From contig CAVRJO010000001.1 in NCBI GenBank assembly GCA_963722255.1, forward strand, positions 672,001 to 736,000: 64,000 bases of DNA, written 5' to 3'. Source of the DNA: Candidatus Babeliales bacterium. Its GTDB lineage: Bacteria; Babelota; Babeliae; Babelales; JANWKD01. The notes under the pieces are model-generated. The model ran no database searches. It worked only from the letters and a program-made list of their open reading frames with translations, and was not told the DNA's origin. Of this stretch, positions 40,938-54,149 are shown piece by piece. The first letter of the stretch is position 1. Each line of letters begins with the position of its first letter. Made by a program: the position numbers and the translations under genes.

Positions 40938-41921
40938 ATGAAAAGTACATCAATTTTATTTTTTATCGCCTTTGTATTAGTTATTTCATCTTCAATCGAT
41001 GCAAAACATTCTGCGCTAGAATACAATGATGATTTTCTAACAACATGTTGCAAACCACTTAACTTTACTCAACCACGTACTGTACATTATTTTTTACAAA
41101 ATGTCTTCAGCAATAAACGATATGCCCAAGAATATTTGCCTTACAATATGGGCACGCATTGTATACAATTTTTAGAAGATGGCAAAAAGTTACAAAAAAG
41201 TGCTGCCTATATGGAAGCATCTCTCAGACTATTTTATAATAAAATGAAAGAATGTCCTTTTGTCTGCCCATTTGGTTTATCAGAGTTTCTTGATAAGGCT
41301 ACACTCTGTATCAAACACGGCACTTCAGCATTTAATCATGAAGATTTTTACAACGATATAGAAAAAAATGCTATGGATATTTTTGTTCCCACTTTTGTTT
41401 CAGACTTTTCATTCTTTAAAAGCAACCCTGAACAATTTTTAAAAAATTTAGCACATTCTGTGACGCTTATGGTAAAAAACACTTTTAATGTTCACGATCA
41501 TGTTGCTCAAGAGCATCTTAAACAGATGTTTGTTCGAACGGTCGAACTTGGGCTTATGAAGCTCATATGGACACCTAATGATCAGATTGGGGCTTGGCAT
41601 TCATTTAAAAAGTTGGCAACACAATGCGTCAATTTATTAGAAATGGATCTTATTTCTCCTGACGAACTTGATGATCTCTTTAAATCATTATTAGAGAGCT
41701 TCTGTAGGTTCCTTGATTTAGCCGGATCGGAACTTTCTTTAACGGTCATTGATACCATTAAAGAAGATGTTCTTTCAAATGAGTTGCTCATATTTGAATT
41801 TGAAGAACAAGAACAGATGCTTGAAACCAAGCGCGAACGTCTTCTTGATGTTTTGATGGAAACTGAAGCTAAAATCGAAGCGCGTATGCGTGGTATTATT
41901 ACGGATATTGTAGTTTGTTAA
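40938..41921 (+). CDS. Hypothetical exported protein
   Basis: 327-aa ORF, AGGAG RBS, signal peptide. Confidence 0.85.
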   Translation: MKSTSILFFIAFVLVISSSIDAKHSALEYNDDFLTTCCKPLNFTQPRTVHYFLQNVFSNKRYAQEYLPYNMGTHCIQFLEDGKKLQKSAAYMEASLRLFYNKMKECPFVCPFGLSEFLDKATLCIKHGTSAFNHEDFYNDIEKNAMDIFVPTFVSDFSFFKSNPEQFLKNLAHSVTLMVKNTFNVHDHVAQEHLKQMFVRTVELGLMKLIWTPNDQIGAWHSFKKLATQCVNLLEMDLISPDELDDLFKSLLESFCRFLDLAGSELSLTVIDTIKEDVLSNELLIFEFEEQEQMLETKRERLLDVLMETEAKIEARMRGIITDIVVC

Positions 41922-41952
41922 CACATATATTTATTCAAAAAAGGGAATTGTT

Positions 41953-42459
41953 ATGATAAAAAAGAATAGTATGCTAGCTTACGCATTCTTAATAACCTCT
42001 TTAGCAGCATCGTTACATGGTGAAAATAAAAAAGATAAATACGAAGAATGGTGCCAAAATCTTGATCTTAATGAAGAACAAGCTCAAAAACTCTCATCAT
42101 ATCTCGATGAATTCAAAAGTTTAGCCACCAAAGAAAAACTGCAATCATATCGCAATGCAGTCAAAGAGAATAAAACAGCGGAAGAAAAATTTCTTGAAGA
42201 CACTGAAGCACAAATATTTTGGCTAAAAACACAACAATTGATTGAAGATCGCGTTTTGTGTAAAGCATTAGTTCAGATGCTTTTATTAACAGGACTTGAT
42301 ATCAGCTATCTTATTCATAATAAAGATTTAGAGAAGCTTGGTTCAGAAGAGAATCCAATTAAGGAAATTGACATTGAAGAAACAACTCGTTTTTTTGAAC
42401 AAGTTGAAAGAACAGTTAATGCATGTAAGTCATGTAATAAATTTCATAAGAAAAAATAA
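41953..42459 (+). CDS. Hypothetical exported protein
   Basis: 168-aa ORF, signal peptide. Confidence 0.8.
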   Translation: MIKKNSMLAYAFLITSLAASLHGENKKDKYEEWCQNLDLNEEQAQKLSSYLDEFKSLATKEKLQSYRNAVKENKTAEEKFLEDTEAQIFWLKTQQLIEDRVLCKALVQMLLLTGLDISYLIHNKDLEKLGSEENPIKEIDIEETTRFFEQVERTVNACKSCNKFHKKK

Positions 42460-42464
42460 AATTT

Positions 42465-42812
42465 CTTAGGTATTTTGTTTGTTCAAAATACCTAAAACCA
42501 AAATTTTTTATTAGCAGTATTTTGCATGCCCAAAATAGTGCAGACAAAAGGGCACAAACAGTTCCTTTTGATCCCTTTCCCATGCGTATATGCACCACAC
42601 ATCATTTCGGCTTTGCAGCCTCATGATTTCGGGTGCACGACGCATTACCGGAATATATTTTATAAGTCTGATTTTTTACTAAGACATGTATGTTTTTCAA
42701 CACAAAAAACAATTATTAATCGCAAAGTTGTCATTAAAGAGCAATATACCAATGAATGTCATTGCGAGAGCCTACTTCGCTTTGCGAAGTATGGTTCGTG
42801 GCAACCCAGTAA
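42465..42812 (-). repeat. Structured repeat copy F (reverse) + CGTC-type REP
   Basis: 42500-42735 is close to the reverse complement of 62015-62235; TGTCATTGCGAG...GCAACCCAG at 42757-42809. Confidence 0.88.
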
Positions 42813-42833
42813 TAAAATTATTCTTTCTTATTT

Positions 42834-43244
42834 TTAGCTCGCGCTCACTAAAACATCAGCCTCAGAATGAGCCTTCTCTTTTCTATAATCTTGCCATGCT
42901 TGCCAAGCTTCATGTCCCAAATAAATACTACAGCACAATGAATAAAACGTTCCAAGAGCAATTGTACCTTTTCCAGGATAATACCCAGCAGCTACACCAC
43001 AAGCAAGTGCACTAACAAATGGAACAACTTCTGCAAGCACAGGATGAGTATCTCTAGATTCTCTCATTGCATCCCCTAAAATATCATATACATGATTCGC
43101 TGTGAGTTGCATAACTATAAACGCCCAAACTCTATCATTCTGAACAAATGACGCAACATCATTGGCTGAAAAACATGAAGATGCAGAAGGTGAAATTAGT
43201 AATAATGCAGATACAACGAAAACAAAACTTTTTACAAAGTTCAT
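42834..43244 (-). CDS. Hypothetical membrane protein
   Basis: GGAGG RBS before MNFVKS; hydrophobic segments. Confidence 0.72.
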   Translation of the reverse strand: MNFVKSFVFVVSALLLISPSASSCFSANDVASFVQNDRVWAFIVMQLTANHVYDILGDAMRESRDTHPVLAEVVPFVSALACGVAAGYYPGKGTIALGTFYSLCCSIYLGHEAWQAWQDYRKEKAHSEADVLVSAS

Positions 43245-43383
43245 AAAACCTCCAAATAAAACTATAGCATAATCTAATACCATTCTTTATTATAGTATCA
43301 TACTAATAAAAAAATAACAAAAGTTGTTAAAATTATTCTATTTGAATTTATTTACAGTAACTAATTAAAAAAGGGATAAAATC

Positions 43384-43806
43384 ATGAAGAAAGTTATACT
43401 ATTCTCACTTGTAGCACTTGCAAATCTCCAAGCACATCATCCTGTAATCAATTATGCACTCATTAATGAATGGTGTACGTCTATCCAATCGCTCAATCAA
43501 GGTTCTTTAAAAATCATGCAAACCTATTTACAAGACTTAGAAACATTTGCAACCTGTTGTGTAGAAAATCCAGAATGCTTTGAAACATCTGAAGGTAAAG
43601 CACTGCAGCAAAAGATCAATGAAGATGTCTCAGCTATCATGCATAATCAAGATCTTATTCCGGTCTTTGAGCATTTGACTATGCTTATAAAAGAAGAAGT
43701 TGGTCAAGAAAAATTTACACTACTTAACCAACGAAAAAAAGAGTATGAACTTCTTGCTCAGGTTGTTAAAGGATGTTTAGAATGCATTGAACGTAAACTT
43801 GCTTAA
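43384..43806 (+). CDS. Hypothetical exported protein
   Basis: MKKVILFSLVALANLQA signal peptide. Confidence 0.8.
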   Translation: MKKVILFSLVALANLQAHHPVINYALINEWCTSIQSLNQGSLKIMQTYLQDLETFATCCVENPECFETSEGKALQQKINEDVSAIMHNQDLIPVFEHLTMLIKEEVGQEKFTLLNQRKKEYELLAQVVKGCLECIERKLA

Positions 43807-43834
43807 GCTATTTTATTTTTCAGAATACTTCATT

Positions 43835-44624
43835 AAAATAAAAACAATAAAATCCCTCTTGTTGTTATCTACACAAACAAAGAAGGATTTTTTCATATGA
43901 AGCATTTAAATTACGAAGAAAATATACCGTCAAAATATGTCATATCTAAAGAACTTTTACAAGAATTTCATAATTTTATTCAGGGCAACCGCACTATAAA
44001 GATTGAATTAATAATAGAAAAATCCATTTGAAACGGCAGCTAAATTCACGCTTGTCATTGCGAGCGAACGCGCGGCAACCCAGTTATAAAGACTTCTCAT
44101 TTTAACGACTGGGTCACCACGTCGCAATGCTCCTCGTGATGACATTGGTGTTTATTATTGATTGTACTTTGATAAATCAAAGTTAATTTTTCCAAACACC
44201 TTTATTAATAAAAGTAGCTAAAATCCTGGATTCATAGTGCGGTTGCCTGCTACTGTTGCCGGAGGAATCGCAGGACACGCAATTATTTGTTACTCTTATT
44301 AATAATTTACAGCATCAAATTCCGCAGTCAAGAAATCATTACCTTCGCACAGACAAGGGCTTTGTTTCTAAAAAAAATAAAGAAGAAGCTATTAAACGAA
44401 ACTTTACACCTGTTATGCTAATAAAAAAGCCAAAAAATAAGCCCCGAATCACGAAAGATAAAGATCCAATATGGTGGGTTGCAGAAAGAACATTTTCTTG
44501 GATGAATCAATTCAGACGCGTTTTCATTCGTTATGATAAGCTATCTAAAAACTTTCTTGGACTAGTTCAATTTGACTGTCTAGTCATCATTTTCAGAAAA
44601 ATTTAGTTTTCATACAGGATCTTA
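43835..44624 (+). pseudogene. Degenerate copy of the IS1031-group element, central part deleted
   Basis: MKHLNYEE 5' part and DTQLFV...FRKI 3' part match 17321-18247; right end AGTTTTCATACAGGATC-TTA. Confidence 0.9.
43981..44249. mobile_element. MITE with ISAs1-like CAGGG ends carrying a CGTC-REP doublet
   Basis: TIR CAGGGCAACCGCACTAT / ATAGTGCGGTTGCC-TG; a second left end at 61845. Confidence 0.75.
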
Positions 44625-44644
44625 TTTAAATCATATCACGGATC

Positions 44645-44682
44645 AAATTTCTAATAATAATTTTTTTATTATTAGAAATTTT
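44645..44682. other. AT-rich near-perfect palindrome
   Basis: AAATTTCTAATAATAA-tttttt-TTATTATTAGAAATTT. Confidence 0.6.
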
Positions 44683-44884
44683 TCAACCTCTGCATACTTC
44701 AATAAAAACATGCTCCCATTCATAGAATCTACTTCAAAATAATTTTCAGAATAGGCAATATATTATTATTTTAAAACCATTTTAAATAAAGAAAGCAATC
44801 TTGATATCTTCACTTATTTTGTTATTATTAGATTATTAAAAAATAATAAGAACAATTTCTTTCAATTATAAAATACAGGAACTC

Positions 44885-47800
44885 ATGAAAAAACATTTCA
44901 TACACTTCGCTCTTATTCTCATGATCTGCAGTTCATTACCAATTATTGCCATGGAGATGAGTTTTCAAGATCAAAAAGAAACGATAGAAACATATATGAC
45001 TGAAGGTGCTAATCTTGATCAATATAATCATAGTGGCAATACGCCTTTGGTCTTAGCAGCTCAAAACAATGATTGTAACCTGGTTCACCAGCTTGTTGCA
45101 TTCGGTGCAAGCGTCAACACGCAAGCATTAAATGGTTCAACGCCCCTTTCGGAAGCCGTTCGTTGTCGAAATTTTAATGTTGTTAATTTCTTATTAGATC
45201 ATGGGGCTCAAAGCGATATTCAAGATGAAAAAGGAGATACGGCTCTTTCTCTTGCACTTGATTATGGATTTGCAGAACTTGCACAGCTTATGGTTTCTAG
45301 CGAAAACCAGAGCAAGCCTAAAAGAACAGTAAAAACAGGAGACAAACAAAATCAGGACGATAAGAAACTACCACAAAAAAATAGAACAACTTCCAAAAAA
45401 CAAAAGAAGAAATTTTCTCATTTTACAGCACAACTCAGAGCAGGCGTTGATTCCGTAAAATTATTGATGACTAATCATAAAAAAAATACTTCACAACAAC
45501 AAAAAGCTTTACATGATTTTTTTAATAAAAAAATGAGTTCTTATGATAAACAATCATGTATAGAAGAACATTCTCAATTAGTTTCAGCTCTTTATTCAAA
45601 TAATATGCAAAAAATAGAAGCACTTTTAGAGGGTCAATCATTTGATATAAATCAACAAGATACTATTATGGGATTAACACCCTTAGCAGAGGCTTGCTTT
45701 ATCGGTAATTATAGGGCAGTTAAAAAATTCATAAATACCAGGGAAGCTCTCATAGAATTGCCTGATAATAAAGGATTAACTCCAATAATGCGTTCAATTT
45801 CACAAAAGCATGACAGAATTGTTCGATTTTTAATAAAAAAAGGAGCCAATATAAATGCTCAAGATCATGATGGCGAAACAAACTTAATTAAAGCAATATG
45901 TTTTGGAACTCCCCAAACTGTTGATTTATTAATTGATATGGGCGCAGATATAAACATATGTGATAACAATGGATCTGGTCCACTTTTCTTTGCAGTTACT
46001 AATACAAATCCTTTACTTGTTGAGAAGTTAATTAATAGAGGTGCATATATTGACGGACACTCATCTGATACAGTGCCGCTCTTAGAAGCCCTAAGAAAAG
46101 TTAATGCTTCTATTGCTCAATTTTTAATTGAACATGGTGCAAATTGCAAAGCTCGTGGACGGGATGGCATTACTGCTAATAAATTTCACCCGCAGCAAGC
46201 AGCGGGGTATTGAATTTTTTTAAGGATTTCTATCTACATGAAGAACATCTGACCCAGATCTCTTGGCGTACGAGTAGGGTCTTTTTTGTGCAACATCATG
46301 TAATCCCTTCCCTGGTTTTTTACGTATTCTGCCACTCGTTTTTCGCTTCCATGCTTACTTACCGTGTTTACGAAATATCCATCAGACCAAAATTCTCCAC
46401 CCCATAGCTGCCTCTTTACTTCGGGAACTCGTTTGAAAATTTCCCGCGCCGTTATACTTTTTATTTTTCTAATGATATTCGTAGGACTATACGTCGGTAC
46501 GGACTGCACAAGAAAATGAACGTGATCCCCATCTGTTCCTATTTCTAGAAACTCTATCTGATAACGTTTTTCTATCTCAAGACACACCAACCTCAATACT
46601 TTGTCTACTTCCTCTGTAAAAACCGCTCGCCTATATTTTGCTGGACAAACTATATGATACATCAGAACCGATACATTATGACTTTTGTGTATAAACCTAC
46701 TTAATTTACTCATTCTCCCAATTTATCAGGACTTTTTATTTATTCCATTTTTTTTATCTGACTACGCGGCAAGCCGCGGGGAATTGTACCCGTAGAGATT
46801 AAAAAAGCAAAAAGAGACTTGAGGCTTGAACGTCTTGTGCCATTAATGAAAGAACAGATTTCCTCACAGCCTCAAGAATATAAAGAACAAATCGAAGAAA
46901 ATTATAATGTTGTTGATGCCCAAATGGAAAATGAAGTTAATTTTAATGAAGAAAATAGTTCTTCAGAAGAAGTGGTTGAACGAAGAAGAGATCAAGGAAA
47001 GGCTGATGAGCTATCACTGCATAAAAAAACAAAAAAGGATATTAATTTTAATCAAAACAATACATGTCAAGAGTTTTTTGATAAAAACGAAGAAGAAACA
47101 GTGCAACCCGAGCTTGCCGTAATTCTATTACAGGCTATTAAAAAAGATAATCTTACCGCCATTCAAGATTCTATTGTAAAAATGACCACTATCAATCAAC
47201 CAATAAATCAAGAAGGCCGTACTTTACTTGCTCATGCAATCGGCACTCACAAAACTAAAATGGCTCAATGGCTAATCGAAGCAGGCGCGGATATTGATAA
47301 ACATGACAAATATGGAATGACGCCCTTACTTAGGGCCATAATGGCGGAAGAATCTATAATTGCTCAAGAATTAATTATTCGTGGGGCTGATATTAATAAA
47401 AGTAATGAAGATGGAATTACGCCATTGCTATTTGCACTGCAAAACGCACAATATCCAATTGCTCGCTTATTAATTATTAATGGGGCTGATATTAATAAAA
47501 GTGATAAGGATGGAACAACACCATTACAATTTGCCTCGTCTTGCTGCTCTCCCGGCAATGTTGAAATCATTCAATTATTGCTTAAAGAAGGCGTTGATAT
47601 TGAAAAAAGTAATATACATGGAACAACAGCATTACTCTATGCTCTTCGGGGAGGTCTTCCTTTGAGTCCCAAAGTTGCTCGCCTATTAATAATTGAAGGC
47701 GCTGATATTCATAAATGTGACAATAGAGGAATAACGCCTCTAATGTGGGCTATTAGGAGAAAACAACCTGAGCTTCTTCAAGAATTAATTACTAAAGGGG

Positions 47801-48261
47801 CTAATATTAACAAAAGCAATAAGCATGGAACCCCATTAATAATAGCTATAAAACACGTTTGGGGACTTGAAGATATTAAATTGTTTATTAAAGCCGGCGC
47901 AAATGTCAATGATCGTGACGATGAAGGGAATTCAGCTTTACATTATGCTTTCAGGAGGGATATTCTAGAAGGCTTGCCTTTTATAAGTCAATTGAACGAG
48001 TATATCCCTATCATAAATTTATTAATTGAACATGGTGCAGATGTAAACGTGCCATATGAAAAAAATAGCAACATAACGTTATTGCAATACATTGCTGAAC
48101 GTAGTCAATTTTCTGAAGTTCTTAAATGCATTCTCTCTCGCAATCCAACTCTTGATGAAGAGAGCAAAATCCAAGTTCTTAAATGGGCCACTACAAGCAG
48201 AAATCAAGATGCAATTAATATATTAAAAGAAGAAAAAAAGAAACAATGCATAATCAGCTAA
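44885..48261 (+). pseudogene. Large exported ankyrin-repeat protein split by IS200, with C-terminal CaaX box
   Basis: Ankyrin repeats on both sides; GRDGITA before the IS joins IKKAKRDLRLERL after it; ends KKKQCIIS*. Confidence 0.85.
46178..46800 (-). mobile_element. tnpA: IS200-family element with intact tnpA (46234-46713)
   Basis: YHIVCPAKYRR, DHVHFLV, KSITAR, WGGEFWSDGYF; end hairpins CCCGCAGCAAGCAGCGGG and CGCGGCAAGCCGCG. Confidence 0.94.
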
Positions 48262-48310
48262 GCAATGGTTATTACTGTTTTAGTTTCAGTAAAATGAAAA
48301 ACATACATAT

Positions 48311-49195
48311 TCATGATTTATCGGGCTTATAATCTGCTAAAGTGCGATATGGAATAATCAACTCTTTGCGTAACCATCCAAAATCAAGCGGATCAACACT
48401 AAAGACAGTAGGCAGAAGCCTTTCATCCGGTATTTTAGTAAGTTCAACATCAGTCCTTAAATACGGCAAAACTTTTGTTACGAGATCTAAGCGAGAAATC
48501 AAAACTGATTTTTCTTTTGATTCTGTACCTTGTTTGTTAAATATATTTACAAGGAAAGAAGCCATGCAATAACAAAATGGCATCGCTTCTTTTTGTCCGT
48601 CTTTAGCAATCCTCAAAATCGGTTGGGGAATATCAACTTCTTCTTCAGAAAGCTTGTGATCTTTTTTAATGAACTTTTTTAAATCTTCAGGTGGATTTAA
48701 AGAGTTTCCGCGTTGGCGACCAAAAAAAGTTTTAATATCTTTTTGTGAAAGCAAGAGCCCGCCAGCTGCACAAAGCCCTAATCCCACTAATGATTCTTTA
48801 AAATTATGCTGATATAAGTTTTTTGCAAACTCAGATAATCCACCGGCCAATAATCCTCCAGCGGATAATGCACGAATATGATCAACAATACTACGATTTC
48901 TATCACGTGTTTGTGAAGCTATCAATGAAGCACTAAAAAAAGGAATTCCTAATTTTAATGCACTATTATCCTTAAGAAAAAGATCTAAACCCTTTAATAA
49001 ACAAAGAGAAGAGGCAAAATTTTCGGCAAAATTATTTTTGGGACCTACTAAACAAGAAGCACCAAAGCCAATTGCTAAACTACCTAATCCATACCCTAGC
49101 GCACGAATTGGCATGGACTGCGTATGCAATTTAAACTGCATAGCATCAACAGATCCAGAATAGAGAAAGAGTAAACACAATAACTTTTTTACCAT
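48311..49195 (-). CDS. Exported membrane protein, paralogue of 49299-50205
   Basis: SLIASQTRDRNRSIVDHIRAL, LLSQKDIKTFFG, VLPYLRT shared. Confidence 0.82.
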   Translation of the reverse strand: MVKKLLCLLFLYSGSVDAMQFKLHTQSMPIRALGYGLGSLAIGFGASCLVGPKNNFAENFASSLCLLKGLDLFLKDNSALKLGIPFFSASLIASQTRDRNRSIVDHIRALSAGGLLAGGLSEFAKNLYQHNFKESLVGLGLCAAGGLLLSQKDIKTFFGRQRGNSLNPPEDLKKFIKKDHKLSEEEVDIPQPILRIAKDGQKEAMPFCYCMASFLVNIFNKQGTESKEKSVLISRLDLVTKVLPYLRTDVELTKIPDERLLPTVFSVDPLDFGWLRKELIIPYRTLADYKPDKS

Positions 49196-49298
49196 GCGCT
49201 TTCCTTACATTAATTTTATATGAGCAAATCTTCAAAGTTTTAAGATACCAAAACTCGCTGAATTTATCTAAAAAAATTTTAAATTTTGCTAATTTTTT

Positions 49299-50205
49299 TC
49301 ATATGCTTCTTTCATATTCTTCTAATGATACGTAACGACGCGCTAATTCAGAAGAAAGCCCAACCGTATCATTGGAGTCAACACTGAAAACATTGTAAAC
49401 TGATGCATCATTGGATATTTTGTTTGGTTCAATTTCAGTTCGCAAGTAGGGCAAAACTGTGGTAACAAATTCTAATTCGGGGATCTCAACCTCAAGTGGC
49501 GTTTGATTATTACACTCTGGACGATAGGATGCAAACATACGCTTAACAAAAGGAAGAGCTTGCATTCTTCCTCGTTCAGCATACTGTAACGTCAATCGAT
49601 GTATTTGGCACATTTTTGGGTTGCTTTTTGTTAACTCTTTAATCTTCTTTATAACTTCCTGAGGAGGTTTTAGAGAATGGCCTTTTTGAAGCCCGAAAAA
49701 AGTTTTAAGATCCTTCTGAGAAAGCAAAAGAGCTCCGCTTACAAATAATGCACATGATAAAGCTCCTCCTTTTTTATCAGAATAAAGAAAATTTTTTTAG
49801 TAATCCCGCAAGGCCACCCGTAACCAATGCTCCGGCGCATAAGGCGCGTATATGATCAAGAACAGAACGATTTCTATCTCGTGTTTGAGCTGCTATCAAT
49901 GAAGCCCCCAAAATTGGCAAGGTAATCTTTCTCATCATCAATTGCACAACCGGGACATCATTAAAGAAATTTTTTAAACTTAACAAAAAGCATCCTGAAC
50001 ATGCAGCGTTCATAATACAATTATTATCAGGAGCGCCTAATAGACTAGCAAGCCCAACTCCGGAAAAAAAAGTTCCAACACCATATCGACCACTACGCAA
50101 TAAAACAGATAGAGAATTTTGCTCATGCGATGCAAAATCCATAGCACTGTTCATACAAACAGCCTGCAAAAGAGAGACAAAAATTATAATTTTTTTTTGC
50201 ATCAT
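49299..50205 (-). CDS. Paralogue of 48311, split by a frameshift near 49780
   Basis: ORFs 49777-50205 and 49299-49727 match the N- and C-halves of 48311. Confidence 0.75.
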
Positions 50206-50338
50206 TATTTTCCCTTACTACAATGAATTATTCTATAGTGTAGAATAGTTCGTATCATGCAGAACAAACAAGATTTTTCTTTACTTTTTGGTATAATAGG
50301 ATTTGGAATATTTTTTTGAATAAAAAATTAGGACCCTC

Positions 50339-52939
<2,601 letters not shown>

Positions 52940-52966
52940 TCATCTTTAAAGAAAAAAATATTAGAT

Positions 52967-53060
52967 TGTCATTGCGAGCGCAGCGAAGCAACCCAGTAAT
53001 AAAAATGAAAAGTCTTCATAACTGGGTCACCACGTCGCAAATGCTCCTCGTGATGACGAT
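52967..53060. repeat. CGTC-type REP doublet
   Basis: TGTCATTGCGAGCG...GCAACCCAG / CTGGGTCACCACGTCGC...CTCGTGATGACG; near-identical to 44054-44144. Confidence 0.88.
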
Positions 53061-53217
53061 TCTATGATCGCACAGCGTATTTACTTTAAATTAAATAAAG
53101 GATTAAAATATATATTAAATTTTTCTTCGTATCAACTTTAGTTATTAATGAAATCAATAAGAAAGAAAAATTTTACATAAGAATGACGATTTTATTCCAA
53201 ATCATACTTCAATCTCG

Positions 53218-53654
53218 AGAATCGTCATCCTGAGGAGCGTAACGTAGTGAAGTGACGTAGGGATCCAGATCAATAAAAATATAATCATTTAAAAATATGA
53301 AAAAATCAATTATATATATAATGGCAAGTTGCCGAAACGGAACGCTTTACTGCGGCATAACTTCAAATTTACAACAGCGAGTATTCCAACATAAAAATAA
53401 CCTTATTGATGGCTTCACAAAAAAGTACGGATGTAAGATACTTGTATATTATGAACAATATGGCGATATAGTCTCCGCCATAATTCGAGAAAAACAAATA
53501 AAACATTATAAACGAACAAAAAAATTATTACTTATTGAGTCTATGAACCCGAATTGGGATGATTTATATGAAAAGATTTGTAGTTAATTACATAATGAAA
53601 ATTATTGTATAAGCTGGATCCCTACGTCACTTCGTTCCTCAGGATGACGATTCT
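53218..53654. mobile_element. REP-bounded GIY-YIG cassette
   Basis: Inverted arms of 19 bp + 20 bp, both perfect: AGAATCGTCATCCTGAGGA...GAAGTGACGTAGGGATCCAG (53218-53268) and its complement (53614-53654). Confidence 0.7.
53297..53587 (+). CDS. Stand-alone GIY-YIG nuclease family protein
   Basis: YIMAS.RNGTLYCGITSNLQQRVFQHK, FTKKYG..LVYYE, AIIREKQIK, NPNWDDLY. Confidence 0.93.
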   Translation: MKKSIIYIMASCRNGTLYCGITSNLQQRVFQHKNNLIDGFTKKYGCKILVYYEQYGDIVSAIIREKQIKHYKRTKKLLLIESMNPNWDDLYEKICS

Positions 53655-53703
53655 ATAGTCGCATGGCATATTTACTTTAAATTAAATTAAATAAAGGATT
53701 AAA

Positions 53704-54141
53704 ATGTATATTAAATTTTTCTTCGCACTAATTTTATTTATCAATTCTATCTTTGGTATGCAACAACCAGAAGATTCTTCGATGACCAAAATTAATAGCT
53801 GGCAAGATATGGAGCAGTTTGCTGGTAAGGTAATTGCCTTTCAAAGTAATTCACATCATATTTGCTATGGAGGCTATAAAATTGAAAACGATAGCTCAAT
53901 TTTGTTTGGTTGGGTTTCCGAAATACCACAATCGTGGGCGATGCCATGTCATATAGGTCTTGCCTCAGTTAAGCAACAGGGATATGGTCTAGCTAAAATA
54001 CTAAAACAAGATGCCCTAGGATGTACATGCGCTCTCATTGATTTTTATCTTTCAGAAGGATTGTGGGTTCGGCGTATAACTCAAGAAGAATTTGAAAAAA
54101 TAAACAATGCGGTAAAAAATAAACAAGCTAGATTAAATTAG
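53704..54141 (+). CDS. Hypothetical exported protein
   Basis: Signal peptide ending IFG-MQQ. Confidence 0.75.
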   Translation: MYIKFFFALILFINSIFGMQQPEDSSMTKINSWQDMEQFAGKVIAFQSNSHHICYGGYKIENDSSILFGWVSEIPQSWAMPCHIGLASVKQQGYGLAKILKQDALGCTCALIDFYLSEGLWVRRITQEEFEKINNAVKNKQARLN

Positions 54142-54149
54142 CGATATTT

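Noticed and set aside
30885..46800. tnpB/RNA-guided nuclease associated with the IS200 elements
   Set aside because: Both elements are about 620-650 bp with tnpA only; there is no tnpB ORF.
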